A stretch of DNA of 64,000 nt from a virus (IMGVR_UViG_3300028887_000080:60222-124221); one strand, 5' to 3'; shown: positions 28,756-38,192, counted from the first letter of the stretch. Notes: a model not told the origin generated them from the letters alone. A program made the numbers and translations.

Positions 28756-29337
28756 TTACTTTTGCTTTATCAAGCGAACGGATACGTCAGCAGCATAAGG
28801 TTCATCTATGTCGTAAATTGCGCTAAACCCAGTTGATTTGTCATTGTTTCTAAATTCAAATGTATAAAACAAATATGCGTCTTTGCCATTTTTTCTGTAT
28901 TTTTCAAATGTTGTTGTTAAATAAGTTGCAATTTCATCTTTATGAGGTTCATCTGCGGGTAAAAACAGCACGCCTCTAAAATCATTGGTATAAAAATACC
29001 GGCCATATCTTTCTATTATTGTTTTCTCGCCGTTCCATTCTACATAATCAAATGCAAACTTGCCCCAAATAGAATTGCATTTCATAAGTTCTTCAAAGTT
29101 GCTCTTTGTTGGTAAATCTTCTTTTTTATAGCTGTTCATCGCCATATCATAAGTGATTGTTGAACCATAATACGGGTCATATCCTTTTTTTTGTGAGAAC
29201 TCTGGTTCATTTGTATTTTTCCAAAGCACAGTCCCTCCCATATCAACCCATTCCGAGTTGCTTTTAACTATATTTTCCAATTTTGATATTAAATCATATT
29301 GTTTTGACATTTCGTCAATTCTCATTATATGTGCCAT
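28756..29337 (-). CDS. Putative internal protein (MAHIMRIDEM leader) with DUF1566/Fib_succ_major-like C-type lectin fold; low GC
   Basis: WVDMGGTVLW...LPTKSNFEEL...FLPA...SVRLI. Confidence 0.6.
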   Translation of the reverse strand: MAHIMRIDEMSKQYDLISKLENIVKSNSEWVDMGGTVLWKNTNEPEFSQKKGYDPYYGSTITYDMAMNSYKKEDLPTKSNFEELMKCNSIWGKFAFDYVEWNGEKTIIERYGRYFYTNDFRGVLFLPADEPHKDEIATYLTTTFEKYRKNGKDAYLFYTFEFRNNDKSTGFSAIYDIDEPYAADVSVRLIKQK

Positions 29338-29359
29338 AGGTTCAAATTTATATTTCCAT

Positions 29360-29367
29360 TATTTATA
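29360..29367 (-). promoter_or_regulatory. Late promoter TATAAATA
   Basis: Exact motif. Confidence 0.7.
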
Positions 29368-29380
29368 CGACAAAAAAACA

Positions 29381-29406
29381 AACCCCGCGATTGCTCACGG
29401 GGTTTG
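29381..29406 (-). terminator. Terminator after the tail tube gene
   Basis: AAACCCCGCG...CACGGGGTTT hairpin, T run on the minus strand. Confidence 0.6.
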
Positions 29407-29430
29407 CGGGTTTCCCATTCCGGCGGTCTG

Positions 29431-29985
29431 TTAGAGACCGATGAGTTGTTCGTCCCAATAGTCGCAGCGGAAAGTGAGTTGCGCCTCGGTTGCGTCGCTT
29501 GACGAATAGTCGAGGTCACCGCCGACCTGCAACTGACCTGTCGGGAACACGTCCTTGCAGATGATTTTGCGGTAGATGCTGCCGTCACGGTTGTACTGCA
29601 CGATAATCATACTGCCGACGTACTGCGATTTCATTCCGCTCATACCTGTGAGGGGGTTCCAAATCACGTTGCACCATTTTCTCAATGTGGTGTAGATGTA
29701 GTTTTCGTTCGAGTCGTTCAAGTTCATAGTGAAAGTGACCTGCAAGTCCAAAGTGGTCTTGTCAGGGAACCCTGCGTATGAACGCGTCGCCTGTTTGAAT
29801 TTCTGTTCTGTCGTTGAAACCGACGGGTTGAGCCCGTCAAGTCCAGACACTTGTTTGACGTGTTCAAGCAGAAGAGCTTGGTCGCCTCCTGTCGGAGGGA
29901 ATATCGTGACCTCGAACAATGCCTTGTAGACAGGTTCCCAATGTCTTGTACTTGGTACAGAGTTACTATAATGTGGTAATGCCAT
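29431..29985 (-). CDS. Tail tube protein (T4 gp19-like)
   Basis: 184 aa; EPVYKALFEV...LDYS...LTFRCDYW. Confidence 0.8.
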   Translation of the reverse strand: MALPHYSNSVPSTRHWEPVYKALFEVTIFPPTGGDQALLLEHVKQVSGLDGLNPSVSTTEQKFKQATRSYAGFPDKTTLDLQVTFTMNLNDSNENYIYTTLRKWCNVIWNPLTGMSGMKSQYVGSMIIVQYNRDGSIYRKIICKDVFPTGQLQVGGDLDYSSSDATEAQLTFRCDYWDEQLIGL

Positions 29986-30039
29986 AATCCATTTATATAT
30001 TTTTCGGTTGGAACGCCTGTGTGGATTTCGTTCCGTTAT

Positions 30040-30047
30040 TATTTATA
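30040..30047 (-). promoter_or_regulatory. Late promoter TATAAATA
   Basis: Exact motif. Confidence 0.7.
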
Positions 30048-30124
30048 TGAGGTGTTTTTTTGTTCCATTTTTTTGTTATATTAAATCGGAATTATCCCTT
30101 TTAGTCTTGTAAAAATGTGAGTGA

Positions 30125-30132
30125 TATAAATA
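30125..30132 (+). promoter_or_regulatory. Late promoter TATAAATA inside the element
   Basis: Exact motif 21 nt before the tnpB ATG. Confidence 0.55.
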
Positions 30133-30152
30133 TAGTACAGTATTTCAATCAG

Positions 30153-31364
30153 ATGGAAAGAACGTACACATACAAGTTCAGGTTGTATCCGAACAAGGAG
30201 CAAGAGATTTATCTTGCCAATGTATTTGGATGTTGCAGACTTGTGTACAACCATTTCCTTGATGAGAAGAAACAACAATATGAAGAAACAAAAACAAGTG
30301 ATTCATACAATGTTCAATCAGGTAAACTGACACTACTCCGCAAGACTGATGGGTATGAGTTTCTAAAAAATGTTCCTTTACAAGTTTTGCAGTGTAGTTT
30401 ACGAAATATGCACACTGCATACGAGAATTTTTATAAACACAGAAGTTCCTATCCGAAGTTCAAGAACAGAAGGGACAGACAGTCGTTCAAACTACCACAG
30501 GAGCAATCCTTCAAAATAAAAGATAACAAACTTTACATCCCAAAACTAAAAAGCGGGATTGACATTGTAATGGAACGTGGGATTGTAGGCAAAATTTGCT
30601 TTGTAACCATCTCAAAAAACAAGGCAGGCAGATACCACATAGCAATTACTGTTAAACAGGATTACATACCTTATGGAAAGACCAATCGTTCAGTCGGTCT
30701 TGACCTCGGCATAAAGGATTTCGTCATCACAAGTGACGGAATGAAATACAAGAACCACAGGAGCATAATCAGGACATTAAAACGCAAACTAAAACATAAC
30801 CAAAGGCATCTGTCAAGAAAGATACACGGAAGCAAGAGATACGAAAACCAAGTGTTGAAATGCAACCGAATCTATCAGAAGATAACAGATGTCAAGACCG
30901 ATTACATACACAAAATCACTAATGAACTTGTCAGAAACTATGATGTGATAAAGGTTGAAGATTTGAACATCAGAGGGATGATGAAGAACCACAAGTTGGC
31001 AGAGGCAATATCAGAATGTAATTGGTATCAGTTCATACAGACGCTTGAATACAAGTGCTTGTGGAATGAAAAGGAACTTATAAAGATAGACCGTTTCTAT
31101 CCGTCAAGTCAGATGTGCAGTGAATGTGGTTATGTTGAGAAAAAAGTCAGAAACCTAAATGTAAGGGAATGGACTTGCTGCAACTGCGGTTGTCATCACG
31201 ACAGGGATGTCAATGCGGCAAGGAACATTTTGAAATATAATTCGGTGAGGAACACCGAAAACAGTCGTGGAGTTGTGAAACAACTGAATGAAAAACCTAA
31301 TTTGATTAGTGATTGTTCGGACAACTGTGAAGCGACTATTGAACTTGATAATTTACAAGATTAA
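30153..31364 (+). CDS. tnpB: RNA-guided endonuclease TnpB
   Basis: YKFRLYP HTH, VGLDLG, VEDL, CSECG/CCNCG zinc finger, DRDVNAA. Confidence 0.95.
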   Translation: MERTYTYKFRLYPNKEQEIYLANVFGCCRLVYNHFLDEKKQQYEETKTSDSYNVQSGKLTLLRKTDGYEFLKNVPLQVLQCSLRNMHTAYENFYKHRSSYPKFKNRRDRQSFKLPQEQSFKIKDNKLYIPKLKSGIDIVMERGIVGKICFVTISKNKAGRYHIAITVKQDYIPYGKTNRSVGLDLGIKDFVITSDGMKYKNHRSIIRTLKRKLKHNQRHLSRKIHGSKRYENQVLKCNRIYQKITDVKTDYIHKITNELVRNYDVIKVEDLNIRGMMKNHKLAEAISECNWYQFIQTLEYKCLWNEKELIKIDRFYPSSQMCSECGYVEKKVRNLNVREWTCCNCGCHHDRDVNAARNILKYNSVRNTENSRGVVKQLNEKPNLISDCSDNCEATIELDNLQD

Positions 31365-31397
31365 AAGGGATAATTCCGTATTAAATAAATACGAAGT

Positions 31398-33293
31398 ATG
31401 GACAAATCGGAACTTTACAGCATAATCTTGGAGGACAGGCACATTCAGGAGAATAAATTCAGGATTGAGTATCCTGAATTTTATGCAGAATTGTGCGATA
31501 TTGAATTTCCTGAAGGTTTCACGTTCAGACAGAAACTTTACCATTACTTCAACGATGACATATCGTTTGGGCTTGGTGTATGCGAATGCGGCAATCGCTG
31601 CGAGTTCATCTCGTTGAACGAAGGTTACAAGGCGCATTGTTCAAGGAGTTGTGCCACGAAGTCCTTGTCCGTGAAAGAGAAAAGAAAAAAAACCTGCCTT
31701 GAAAAATATGGGGTCGAGCACGAATCCAAATGCGAGGTGATAAAGGAAAAGAAACGGGAGACCTGCAAGTCGCATTACGGGGTTGAATATCCTATGCAGT
31801 CGGATGAGGTCAGAAAGAAATCAATGGAAACAAACATCGCCAATATGGGTGTTGCGTGTCCGTTTGAATCCGAAACGGTGAAGGAAAAGTCAAGAGAGAC
31901 CTGTATGTCGAAATATGGCGTGGAACACCATTCAAAATCAGAGGAGATAAAAGAAAAGAAACGGAAGACGTCTATGGAACATTATGGCGTGGACTGCCCG
32001 TTGAAATCGGATGAAGTGAAGGGAAGGATAAAGGAAACGGTTAAAGAGAAATACGGCGTGGAATACGTTATGCAGTCGGAGGATGTGAAAGGGCGTGCAA
32101 GGAAAACCAACCTTGAGCGATATGGAACCGACTGTGTCTTGAAACTTGACAGCACAAAGGAGAAAGCAAAAAGAACAAGTATTGAAAAATACGGGGTTGA
32201 ACATCCTATGCAGTCGGAGGATGTGAAACGGAAAGTTTCGTCCACTTGCAAGAAACACTATGGCGTCGATTATCCCATACAGTCGGACATAATAAAGGAA
32301 AGGACAAAGCATACCAACATTGAGAGATATGGTGTTGAATACGCAACGCAATCGGAGGAGTTCAAAAAGAAACTTATTGAAACGAACATTGAAAAATACG
32401 GTGTGCCGTACACCTGTATGCTCGATGGCGTCCGCAGACATTCAAACGATTCCAAACCGAACTTGAATTTCGCCGAACTTCTGTCGGAAAACGGGATTGG
32501 ATACGAGCGCGAGTTTTCTGTCGGGAAATATGTATATGACTTCAAGGTCGGGGACACGCTTGTTGAAATCAACCCGACAATCACGCACAATTCGTTTCTT
32601 GACATATTCGGCGGGAATGCAAAGGACAGGAAGTATCATTTTGATAAAACGTCGGTTGCTGCGGAAAACGGTTACCGTTGCATACACGTTTGGGATTGGG
32701 ACGACTCCGCGAAGATAGTGAATATGCTGAAACCGAAGGAAACGCTATATGCAAGGAAACTGTCGGTGGCGGAGGTGAACCCTGTGGAAGCGGACGTTTT
32801 CCTGTCAAAGCATCATATACAGGGAACCTGCAAGGGTATGTGCGTGTGCGTCGGACTTTATTTGGACGGCGCGATTGTCGAGATTATGGCTTTCGGGAAA
32901 CCGAGATACAACAGGAAATGCGAATGGGAACTTCTGCGCCTGTGCACCGACGGCAACTATATCGTTGTCGGCGGGGCGGAGCGGTTGTTCTCGCACGCAG
33001 TCCGCGAGTACGGTATGCACAGCGTGGTGTCATATTGCGACAATTCAAAGTTCACAGGTGATGTGTATGCAAGACTCGGTTTCAAAAAAACTTCTTTTTC
33101 TTTCGGAAAGCATTGGTTCTGCAAAAAGGACAAACGCAGCCACATAACCGACAATATGCTTCGGCAGCGCGGGTTCGACCAACTGTTCGGAACCGACTAC
33201 GGAAAGGGCACGAGCAACGAAACCCTTATGCTTGAGCGGGGATTCCTTCCTGTGTACGACGCAGGTCAATACACCTTCCTGTGGACGGCATAG
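31398..33293 (+). CDS. Homing-endonuclease-like protein with ~23-aa KYGVE repeats
   Basis: About 11 T..EKYGVE.P.QS repeats, YDFKV...VEIN nuclease region, Hef-like C-terminus. Confidence 0.7.
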   Translation: MDKSELYSIILEDRHIQENKFRIEYPEFYAELCDIEFPEGFTFRQKLYHYFNDDISFGLGVCECGNRCEFISLNEGYKAHCSRSCATKSLSVKEKRKKTCLEKYGVEHESKCEVIKEKKRETCKSHYGVEYPMQSDEVRKKSMETNIANMGVACPFESETVKEKSRETCMSKYGVEHHSKSEEIKEKKRKTSMEHYGVDCPLKSDEVKGRIKETVKEKYGVEYVMQSEDVKGRARKTNLERYGTDCVLKLDSTKEKAKRTSIEKYGVEHPMQSEDVKRKVSSTCKKHYGVDYPIQSDIIKERTKHTNIERYGVEYATQSEEFKKKLIETNIEKYGVPYTCMLDGVRRHSNDSKPNLNFAELLSENGIGYEREFSVGKYVYDFKVGDTLVEINPTITHNSFLDIFGGNAKDRKYHFDKTSVAAENGYRCIHVWDWDDSAKIVNMLKPKETLYARKLSVAEVNPVEADVFLSKHHIQGTCKGMCVCVGLYLDGAIVEIMAFGKPRYNRKCEWELLRLCTDGNYIVVGGAERLFSHAVREYGMHSVVSYCDNSKFTGDVYARLGFKKTSFSFGKHWFCKKDKRSHITDNMLRQRGFDQLFGTDYGKGTSNETLMLERGFLPVYDAGQYTFLWTA

Positions 33294-33342
33294 TGGCTTT
33301 CCCGCGGTTGCCATTTTCTGAAACCCGTGCAAAAACATTCGT

Positions 33343-33350
33343 TATAAATA
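33343..33350 (+). promoter_or_regulatory. Late promoter TATAAATA
   Basis: Exact motif. Confidence 0.7.
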
Positions 33351-33416
33351 TATTCCAGAGCAATGCCGTTTTTACAATGGCATTCTGGACTGAAAGAAAA
33401 ATATTTTGCGCGAAAT

Positions 33417-35456
33417 ATGAAATCGAAAAACAAAACATTATTGATTGTCGAGCAGGCGATGAGCGACCTCAAAATGTCGAACAGCGGTTCCGATGTCATT
33501 TATCTTGAAGGCATATTCACGGAGTTCAAAGTAAGGAACCGCAATGGTCGCATATACGAGGCGTCGGATTTCATCCCGAAGATGAACGAACTGCTCCCGA
33601 AAATCGAGGGTCACACCCTTCTCGGAGAACTCGACCATCCTGTCAATTTCGACGTTTCCCTAAAGAACGCTTCACACGTCATCGAGAAATTGGAATACGA
33701 TGAAAAGAACGACAGGGTAATCGGAAAAATCCGTCTTTTGAACACAGACGCTGGAAAGCAGGCACAGGCACTTGTCCGTGACGGCATTCCGTTGCACATC
33801 TCGTCCCGTGCCGCAGGTCAAATCAACCCGCAGACGGGTCGTGTGACGCTTGAAAAACTTTTCACATACGACCTTGTAGCCGACCCTGGTTTCGAGAACG
33901 CCGAACTCAAGCGTGTGAACGAAGCATACGGTTTCGGCAATATGGACAACGTTTACATCTATGAATGCGACTATGTTTCAGAAGAGGAAGCAACAGGTAT
34001 AAATAAAGACAATAATAAAGTGAACAATATGAACATCAACGAATCCAAAACGCTCAATGTCGAGGACTTCCAAAAATATACCGAATACATTGCAGGCGTA
34101 ATCGAAAATGTCAAAAAGAGCATCAATGAACTCAAGAACACGATTTCTGTGAACGAGAGTGTAAACGGAAAAATCGGAAAACCGAACGGAACGTTTGCCG
34201 ACACCAAACAACTCGGCGAATATGTCAATTATCTCGCTGAACAACTTCAAAAGGTGAGCGACCACAGCGACTATCTCGCAAATGAACTCGAAAAAAGCAA
34301 CCGCCACAACGACTATCTTGCAGAGAATCTCGAAAACGCAATCAACTACGGAAATTATCTTGCAGAAAAACTCGACGGAAACATCAGCCACAACGATTAT
34401 CTTGCAGAGCAGTTGCAGAAAGTTGCAGACCACAGCGACTACCTCGCAGAGACGGTTCAGAAAACCGCCGACCACAGCGACTACCTCGCAGAACAACTCG
34501 AAAAGGGAATCGCATATTCCGAATATGTTGCAGAAAAAGTGGCGACAACGGCGGATTATGCCGACTATCTTGCCGAAAATGTGGAAAAGAGTATGAATTA
34601 CAGCGAATATCTTGCGGAGGAATTGCAGAAAACCGCCGACCACAGCGACTACCTCGCAGAACAACTCGAACGCAACTATGCACACAACGACTATCTCGCA
34701 GAGAAACTCAACGAGAATTATGCACACAACGACTATCTCGCAGAGAAACTCAACGAGAATTTCGACAGAACCGACAGCATTGTGGAAAGTATGCAGCAGA
34801 ACGGAATGCTTGTTGTGGAAAACAAAGCTGCATTGCAGGGAGGCGCAATCAATGAAAGCAGCGATTCTTTTGCAGCAAACAAGTCTGTGGAAGAAACACG
34901 CAATGCGGCAGCACAAATCCGCAAGGGAATCAAATCGAACGATGAATACAAATCGTCAATCACTGAAAAAATCGACGCGCTTATCAACAAGCACAGCGGT
35001 CAGGTGAAACCCGACAATTTCCTCAACTTCCTCTCCGAAGGACGCAGAAACGAGTTCGAGTCGCTTGACGAAAACACAAAAGCCGTAATCACCGTCGCTA
35101 TGAACACGGCAAATGTCGGTAACGAAGAACAGGCAAATGTTGTGTGGAAGAGCGTCTATGAGTCAAAGAAAGGTCTTGACCTTGTCGAGAATATGCCAGC
35201 TGTCTACCGTGACAAATGGAATGGGCTTTCAGACAAGAGAAAACAGGAAATCCTGAACGAGTCCAAATTCTACAAAATCAACACGACCAACGAAATCGAA
35301 TACTTCTGGTCAACCCGCGACCTCCGCGACAACACAATGGTTGTGGAACGCGTCGACACCGATTCGGCAAGAATGTGGTCGGAAGACAAAAAGCAGCAGG
35401 ATGACCGTATCAGCAGCATCCTCGGACGCACAAAGAGAGGTATCTTGGGTTTCTAA
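33417..35456 (+). CDS. Prohead core protease (T4 gp21-like) fused to scaffold-like repeat domain
   Basis: NRNGRIY, LGELDHP, SHVI, ISSRAAG, TYDLVADPG. Confidence 0.9.
   Translation: MKSKNKTLLIVEQAMSDLKMSNSGSDVIYLEGIFTEFKVRNRNGRIYEASDFIPKMNELLPKIEGHTLLGELDHPVNFDVSLKNASHVIEKLEYDEKNDRVIGKIRLLNTDAGKQAQALVRDGIPLHISSRAAGQINPQTGRVTLEKLFTYDLVADPGFENAELKRVNEAYGFGNMDNVYIYECDYVSEEEATGINKDNNKVNNMNINESKTLNVEDFQKYTEYIAGVIENVKKSINELKNTISVNESVNGKIGKPNGTFADTKQLGEYVNYLAEQLQKVSDHSDYLANELEKSNRHNDYLAENLENAINYGNYLAEKLDGNISHNDYLAEQLQKVADHSDYLAETVQKTADHSDYLAEQLEKGIAYSEYVAEKVATTADYADYLAENVEKSMNYSEYLAEELQKTADHSDYLAEQLERNYAHNDYLAEKLNENYAHNDYLAEKLNENFDRTDSIVESMQQNGMLVVENKAALQGGAINESSDSFAANKSVEETRNAAAQIRKGIKSNDEYKSSITEKIDALINKHSGQVKPDNFLNFLSEGRRNEFESLDENTKAVITVAMNTANVGNEEQANVVWKSVYESKKGLDLVENMPAVYRDKWNGLSDKRKQEILNESKFYKINTTNEIEYFWSTRDLRDNTMVVERVDTDSARMWSEDKKQQDDRISSILGRTKRGILGF
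34218..34757 (+). repeat. 13 x 42-bp (14-aa) YLAE coding repeats
   Basis: e.g. DHSDYLAEQLQKVA. Confidence 0.9.
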
Positions 35457-35501
35457 TCCCCTGACGCCTTCCTGTTTTGAAGAATATACCGCTTACAGGA
35501 A

Positions 35502-35963
35502 ATGACCGAACTAATCATAGCATTCTCAAGTCTCATAGCAGTAATACTTGGAACTGGCGGTGTTCTTTTCCACAAACAGAACAAACGCCTCAAAGCGGCG
35601 GAAGCGGAAGCGGCGGAAAAGGCGGTGATTGCAAAGGACTTGGAAAACCAAAAGACCGCAAGTGACGAATGGATACGCCTCTACAATGAGACAAAGGACG
35701 AATTGAACGATTGCAGAAAAAAGATGAGCGAATTGCAGAATAAACTCTATATGGCAATCGAAGTCGAGGCACAGCAGAGACTTGTCATAAATGACCTTGA
35801 ATGGTCGAGGTGCGTTCTGAACGGGTGCTCGAAGAGGCAACCCCCTCGCAATTTTGAAAAGAAACTTGAAAAAATCGAGAATATGCACGAAACCATTATG
35901 AAGGTGAAAGAAGTTTCCGACGATGAAATGGACGAAACCGAAAACCAAATGGAAGTCGATTGA
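35502..35963 (+). CDS. Membrane-anchored coiled-coil protein (holin-like)
   Basis: N-terminal TM helix followed by coiled coil. Confidence 0.55.
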   Translation: MTELIIAFSSLIAVILGTGGVLFHKQNKRLKAAEAEAAEKAVIAKDLENQKTASDEWIRLYNETKDELNDCRKKMSELQNKLYMAIEVEAQQRLVINDLEWSRCVLNGCSKRQPPRNFEKKLEKIENMHETIMKVKEVSDDEMDETENQMEVD

Positions 35964-35981
35964 GGCATATCCCGAACAAAA

Positions 35982-36011
35982 AAGAAACCCGTCTGAAAAG
36001 ACGGGTTTCTT
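35982..36011. terminator. Bidirectional terminator
   Basis: AAGAAACCCGTCT-GAAA-AGACGGGTTTCTT. Confidence 0.75.
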
Positions 36012-36057
36012 GTTTCTACGCTTGATGCTTAACGCGGTCTTGTGTATTCACATTCAC

Positions 36058-36076
36058 GATATATCTGCGATATATC
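36058..36076. repeat. GATATATC-N3-GATATATC box
   Basis: GATATATC TGC GATATATC. Confidence 0.85.
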
Positions 36077-36248
36077 AGTTGACTGACGATTCGTTCAGTT
36101 TGTCAAGTTTCCGTTTCAGGTTTTTCTTCCTTTTTTCATCGGTGATTGAGTTTTCCTTCTTGGTCTGTTCAATCCTGTCCTTCATATAGGTCTCGAAATC
36201 CATCACGTTCCCTTTGTATAGTCTTATGCGTTCAAGTCGCTTGTCCAT
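36075..36248 (-). CDS. Small late protein
   Basis: ATG at 36248, late promoter upstream. Confidence 0.55.
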   Translation of the reverse strand: MDKRLERIRLYKGNVMDFETYMKDRIEQTKKENSITDEKRKKNLKRKLDKLNESSVN

Positions 36249-36268
36249 AGCAGAAAATATCTTCCCAT

Positions 36269-36276
36269 TATTTATA
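36269..36276 (-). promoter_or_regulatory. Late promoter TATAAATA
   Basis: Exact motif. Confidence 0.65.
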
Positions 36277-36292
36277 TGCCTTGTCACACTCG

Positions 36293-36300
36293 TATAAATA
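36293..36300 (+). promoter_or_regulatory. Late promoter TATAAATA
   Basis: Exact motif before rimK. Confidence 0.7.
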
Positions 36301-36322
36301 TAACAAACCAAATTGACGAACA

Positions 36323-37738
36323 ATGAAATCATTCACACAGCAATATCAGTTGATAACGGAGTCGAAAAAAGTGAACGGTGTGCAGCTGCTCTATTTGAGT
36401 TCAATCACAAATTCCACTTTTTGCAAGATGCTCAAGGAGAAATGCAAGGAAACGGGCATCAAGTTCCTGTATGCCGACCCCGAAACGGCGGTGCTTGAAA
36501 AAATAAGCGACAAGAAGTTCAAGGTCGTCTGCATAGACAACGAGTTCGAGGTGAACACCGACAACACAATCATTCTGCCACGCCTTACAATCTTGAAGAA
36601 CTCCCGCACAAAGAACTTCCTGAAGGAGTTCGAGTACAGGGGGTTTTTCGTTCTCAACACACTTGAGAGTTATGAGAACTGCGAGAACAAGTACACCACA
36701 TACAAGGTGCTGTCAGCGGAGAACATCCCGACACCCCTCACGACAGTCGTCACATCGGACGACATCGAACGGCTGAAGAAAAAGGTCGACAAAGTCGGTG
36801 GCAATTTTCCTGTCGTGTGCAAAATCCTCGACGGCAAGAAAGGGATAGGCGTGTTCATCATTGATTCCTATATGAGTCTGAAGTCCACGCTTGAAACGAT
36901 GTTCAAACTCGTTCCGAACGCGGAGATACTTTTGCAGAACAAAATCGAGTCCGACTACGACCTCCGTATCCACGTTTTCAACAAGTCCTACGGAAGGTTG
37001 AGCAACAACCCCGAAAACTATGAGATTATCGGTGTTATGCGCCGTAACAAGATTGACGGGGACTTCCGCACGAACTTCAGTCTCGGAGGCACAATCGAAA
37101 GTTTCAAGTTGAGCGACGACCAGAAGGAACTCGCAATCAAGACCGCTGCCGCCGTGAAGTGCAAATGGTGCGGAGTGGATATGATTGCCGACAAGAACAC
37201 GGGCGACAACTACATCATCGAGGTCAACGCATCACCTGGCGTCAAGGGCATCACATCCGTTTCGGACGTTCCCCCAATCGACTACATATTCGACTTCCTC
37301 AAGAAGTTCAAGTACATCAACAACAACGCAACGGTAGTCGGTGCCGCGGAGTCCGCCACGCTCAAGTTCGACGAGGGTGACTATGTGACCGACGTCGGAT
37401 TCAACACGAACGATGACATCAGTGTCATAGAGACGAGAACATCCGCCTATGACGAACGCAACAACAAGGTGACATTCGCAATCGGAAATATGATGGTCAC
37501 CAAACCTGTCATCGGAACTATGATTGAGAATGACAATATGACGAGGAGTTATCTCATACAGACGAAAGTCGAGTTCAACGAGATGACATACAAGAACGTC
37601 ATATTCAAGGTGAAGTCTGTCGACGCGGACAGCGTGACTGTCACGATGGGCAACTCGTTCATCGGTCAGATTGGCAATATGGTGTCGATAGACCCGACCA
37701 CGAGTTACCTCGTCACTGACCCCGTGAACCTGCAATAA
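36323..37738 (+). CDS. rimK: RimK-family ATP-grasp ligase with degenerate RimB-like C-terminal domain
   Basis: FPVVCK..G..G.GV, DLRIHV, DFRTNFSLGG, GVDMI, IEVNASPG. Confidence 0.85.
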   Translation: MKSFTQQYQLITESKKVNGVQLLYLSSITNSTFCKMLKEKCKETGIKFLYADPETAVLEKISDKKFKVVCIDNEFEVNTDNTIILPRLTILKNSRTKNFLKEFEYRGFFVLNTLESYENCENKYTTYKVLSAENIPTPLTTVVTSDDIERLKKKVDKVGGNFPVVCKILDGKKGIGVFIIDSYMSLKSTLETMFKLVPNAEILLQNKIESDYDLRIHVFNKSYGRLSNNPENYEIIGVMRRNKIDGDFRTNFSLGGTIESFKLSDDQKELAIKTAAAVKCKWCGVDMIADKNTGDNYIIEVNASPGVKGITSVSDVPPIDYIFDFLKKFKYINNNATVVGAAESATLKFDEGDYVTDVGFNTNDDISVIETRTSAYDERNNKVTFAIGNMMVTKPVIGTMIENDNMTRSYLIQTKVEFNEMTYKNVIFKVKSVDADSVTVTMGNSFIGQIGNMVSIDPTTSYLVTDPVNLQ

Positions 37739-37756
37739 ACAGAATATACAAAGATT

Positions 37757-38140
37757 ATGACACACATAATGAGAATTGACGAGATGACAAAATCATCTTA
37801 CAGAATCGAAAACGCAAACACGAATTTCAAGTGGTTCGATGTACCCGAAGAGGATATGGAACTTGTTGAATATCTAAAGAAAAAATATGGAAACGATAGT
37901 GTTCACGGGCAAAAAGAAGGTGATATTGGCGGAGAAGAATACGGGAACGATTGGAGATTATATGAAATAGTCACAAGACGGGACGCCTTTAATATCAGAA
38001 TAAACGACGCTTACTTTTTTTGCGGCGAATTTAGACTCCGTGCCGACTATGCAACCCCAAGAGAACTTTTTGAACAGGCATTGAGGGATATGGAAAATTC
38101 CAAAAGACGTCAGCGTGAAAATGATATGTACACGATGTAG
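37757..38140 (+). CDS. Putative internal protein (MTHIMRIDEM leader)
   Basis: Shared leader. Confidence 0.65.
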   Translation: MTHIMRIDEMTKSSYRIENANTNFKWFDVPEEDMELVEYLKKKYGNDSVHGQKEGDIGGEEYGNDWRLYEIVTRRDAFNIRINDAYFFCGEFRLRADYATPRELFEQALRDMENSKRRQRENDMYTM

Positions 38141-38192
38141 GCATTGTGGACAATGGAATAATTCCGAAAAAAAAAAATATAAACTCAAAACT

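Larger units (their letters stand above)
30087..31378 (+). mobile_element. Non-autonomous TIR element (27-bp TIRs, 8-bp TSD TATTAAAT) carrying only tnpB
   Basis: CGGAATTATCCCTTTTAGTCTTGTAAA at 30087-30113 versus inverted copy at 31352-31378 (1 mismatch); TATTAAAT at 30079-30086 and 31379-31386. Confidence 0.9.

Noticed and set aside
31670-32410. About 69-bp periodic repeats as an array or DGR
   Set aside because: They are degenerate protein repeats (KYGVE) within one ORF.
34218-34757. 42-bp periodic repeats as a CRISPR array
   Set aside because: They are in-frame coding repeats with synonymous variation, no unique spacers and no cas genes.
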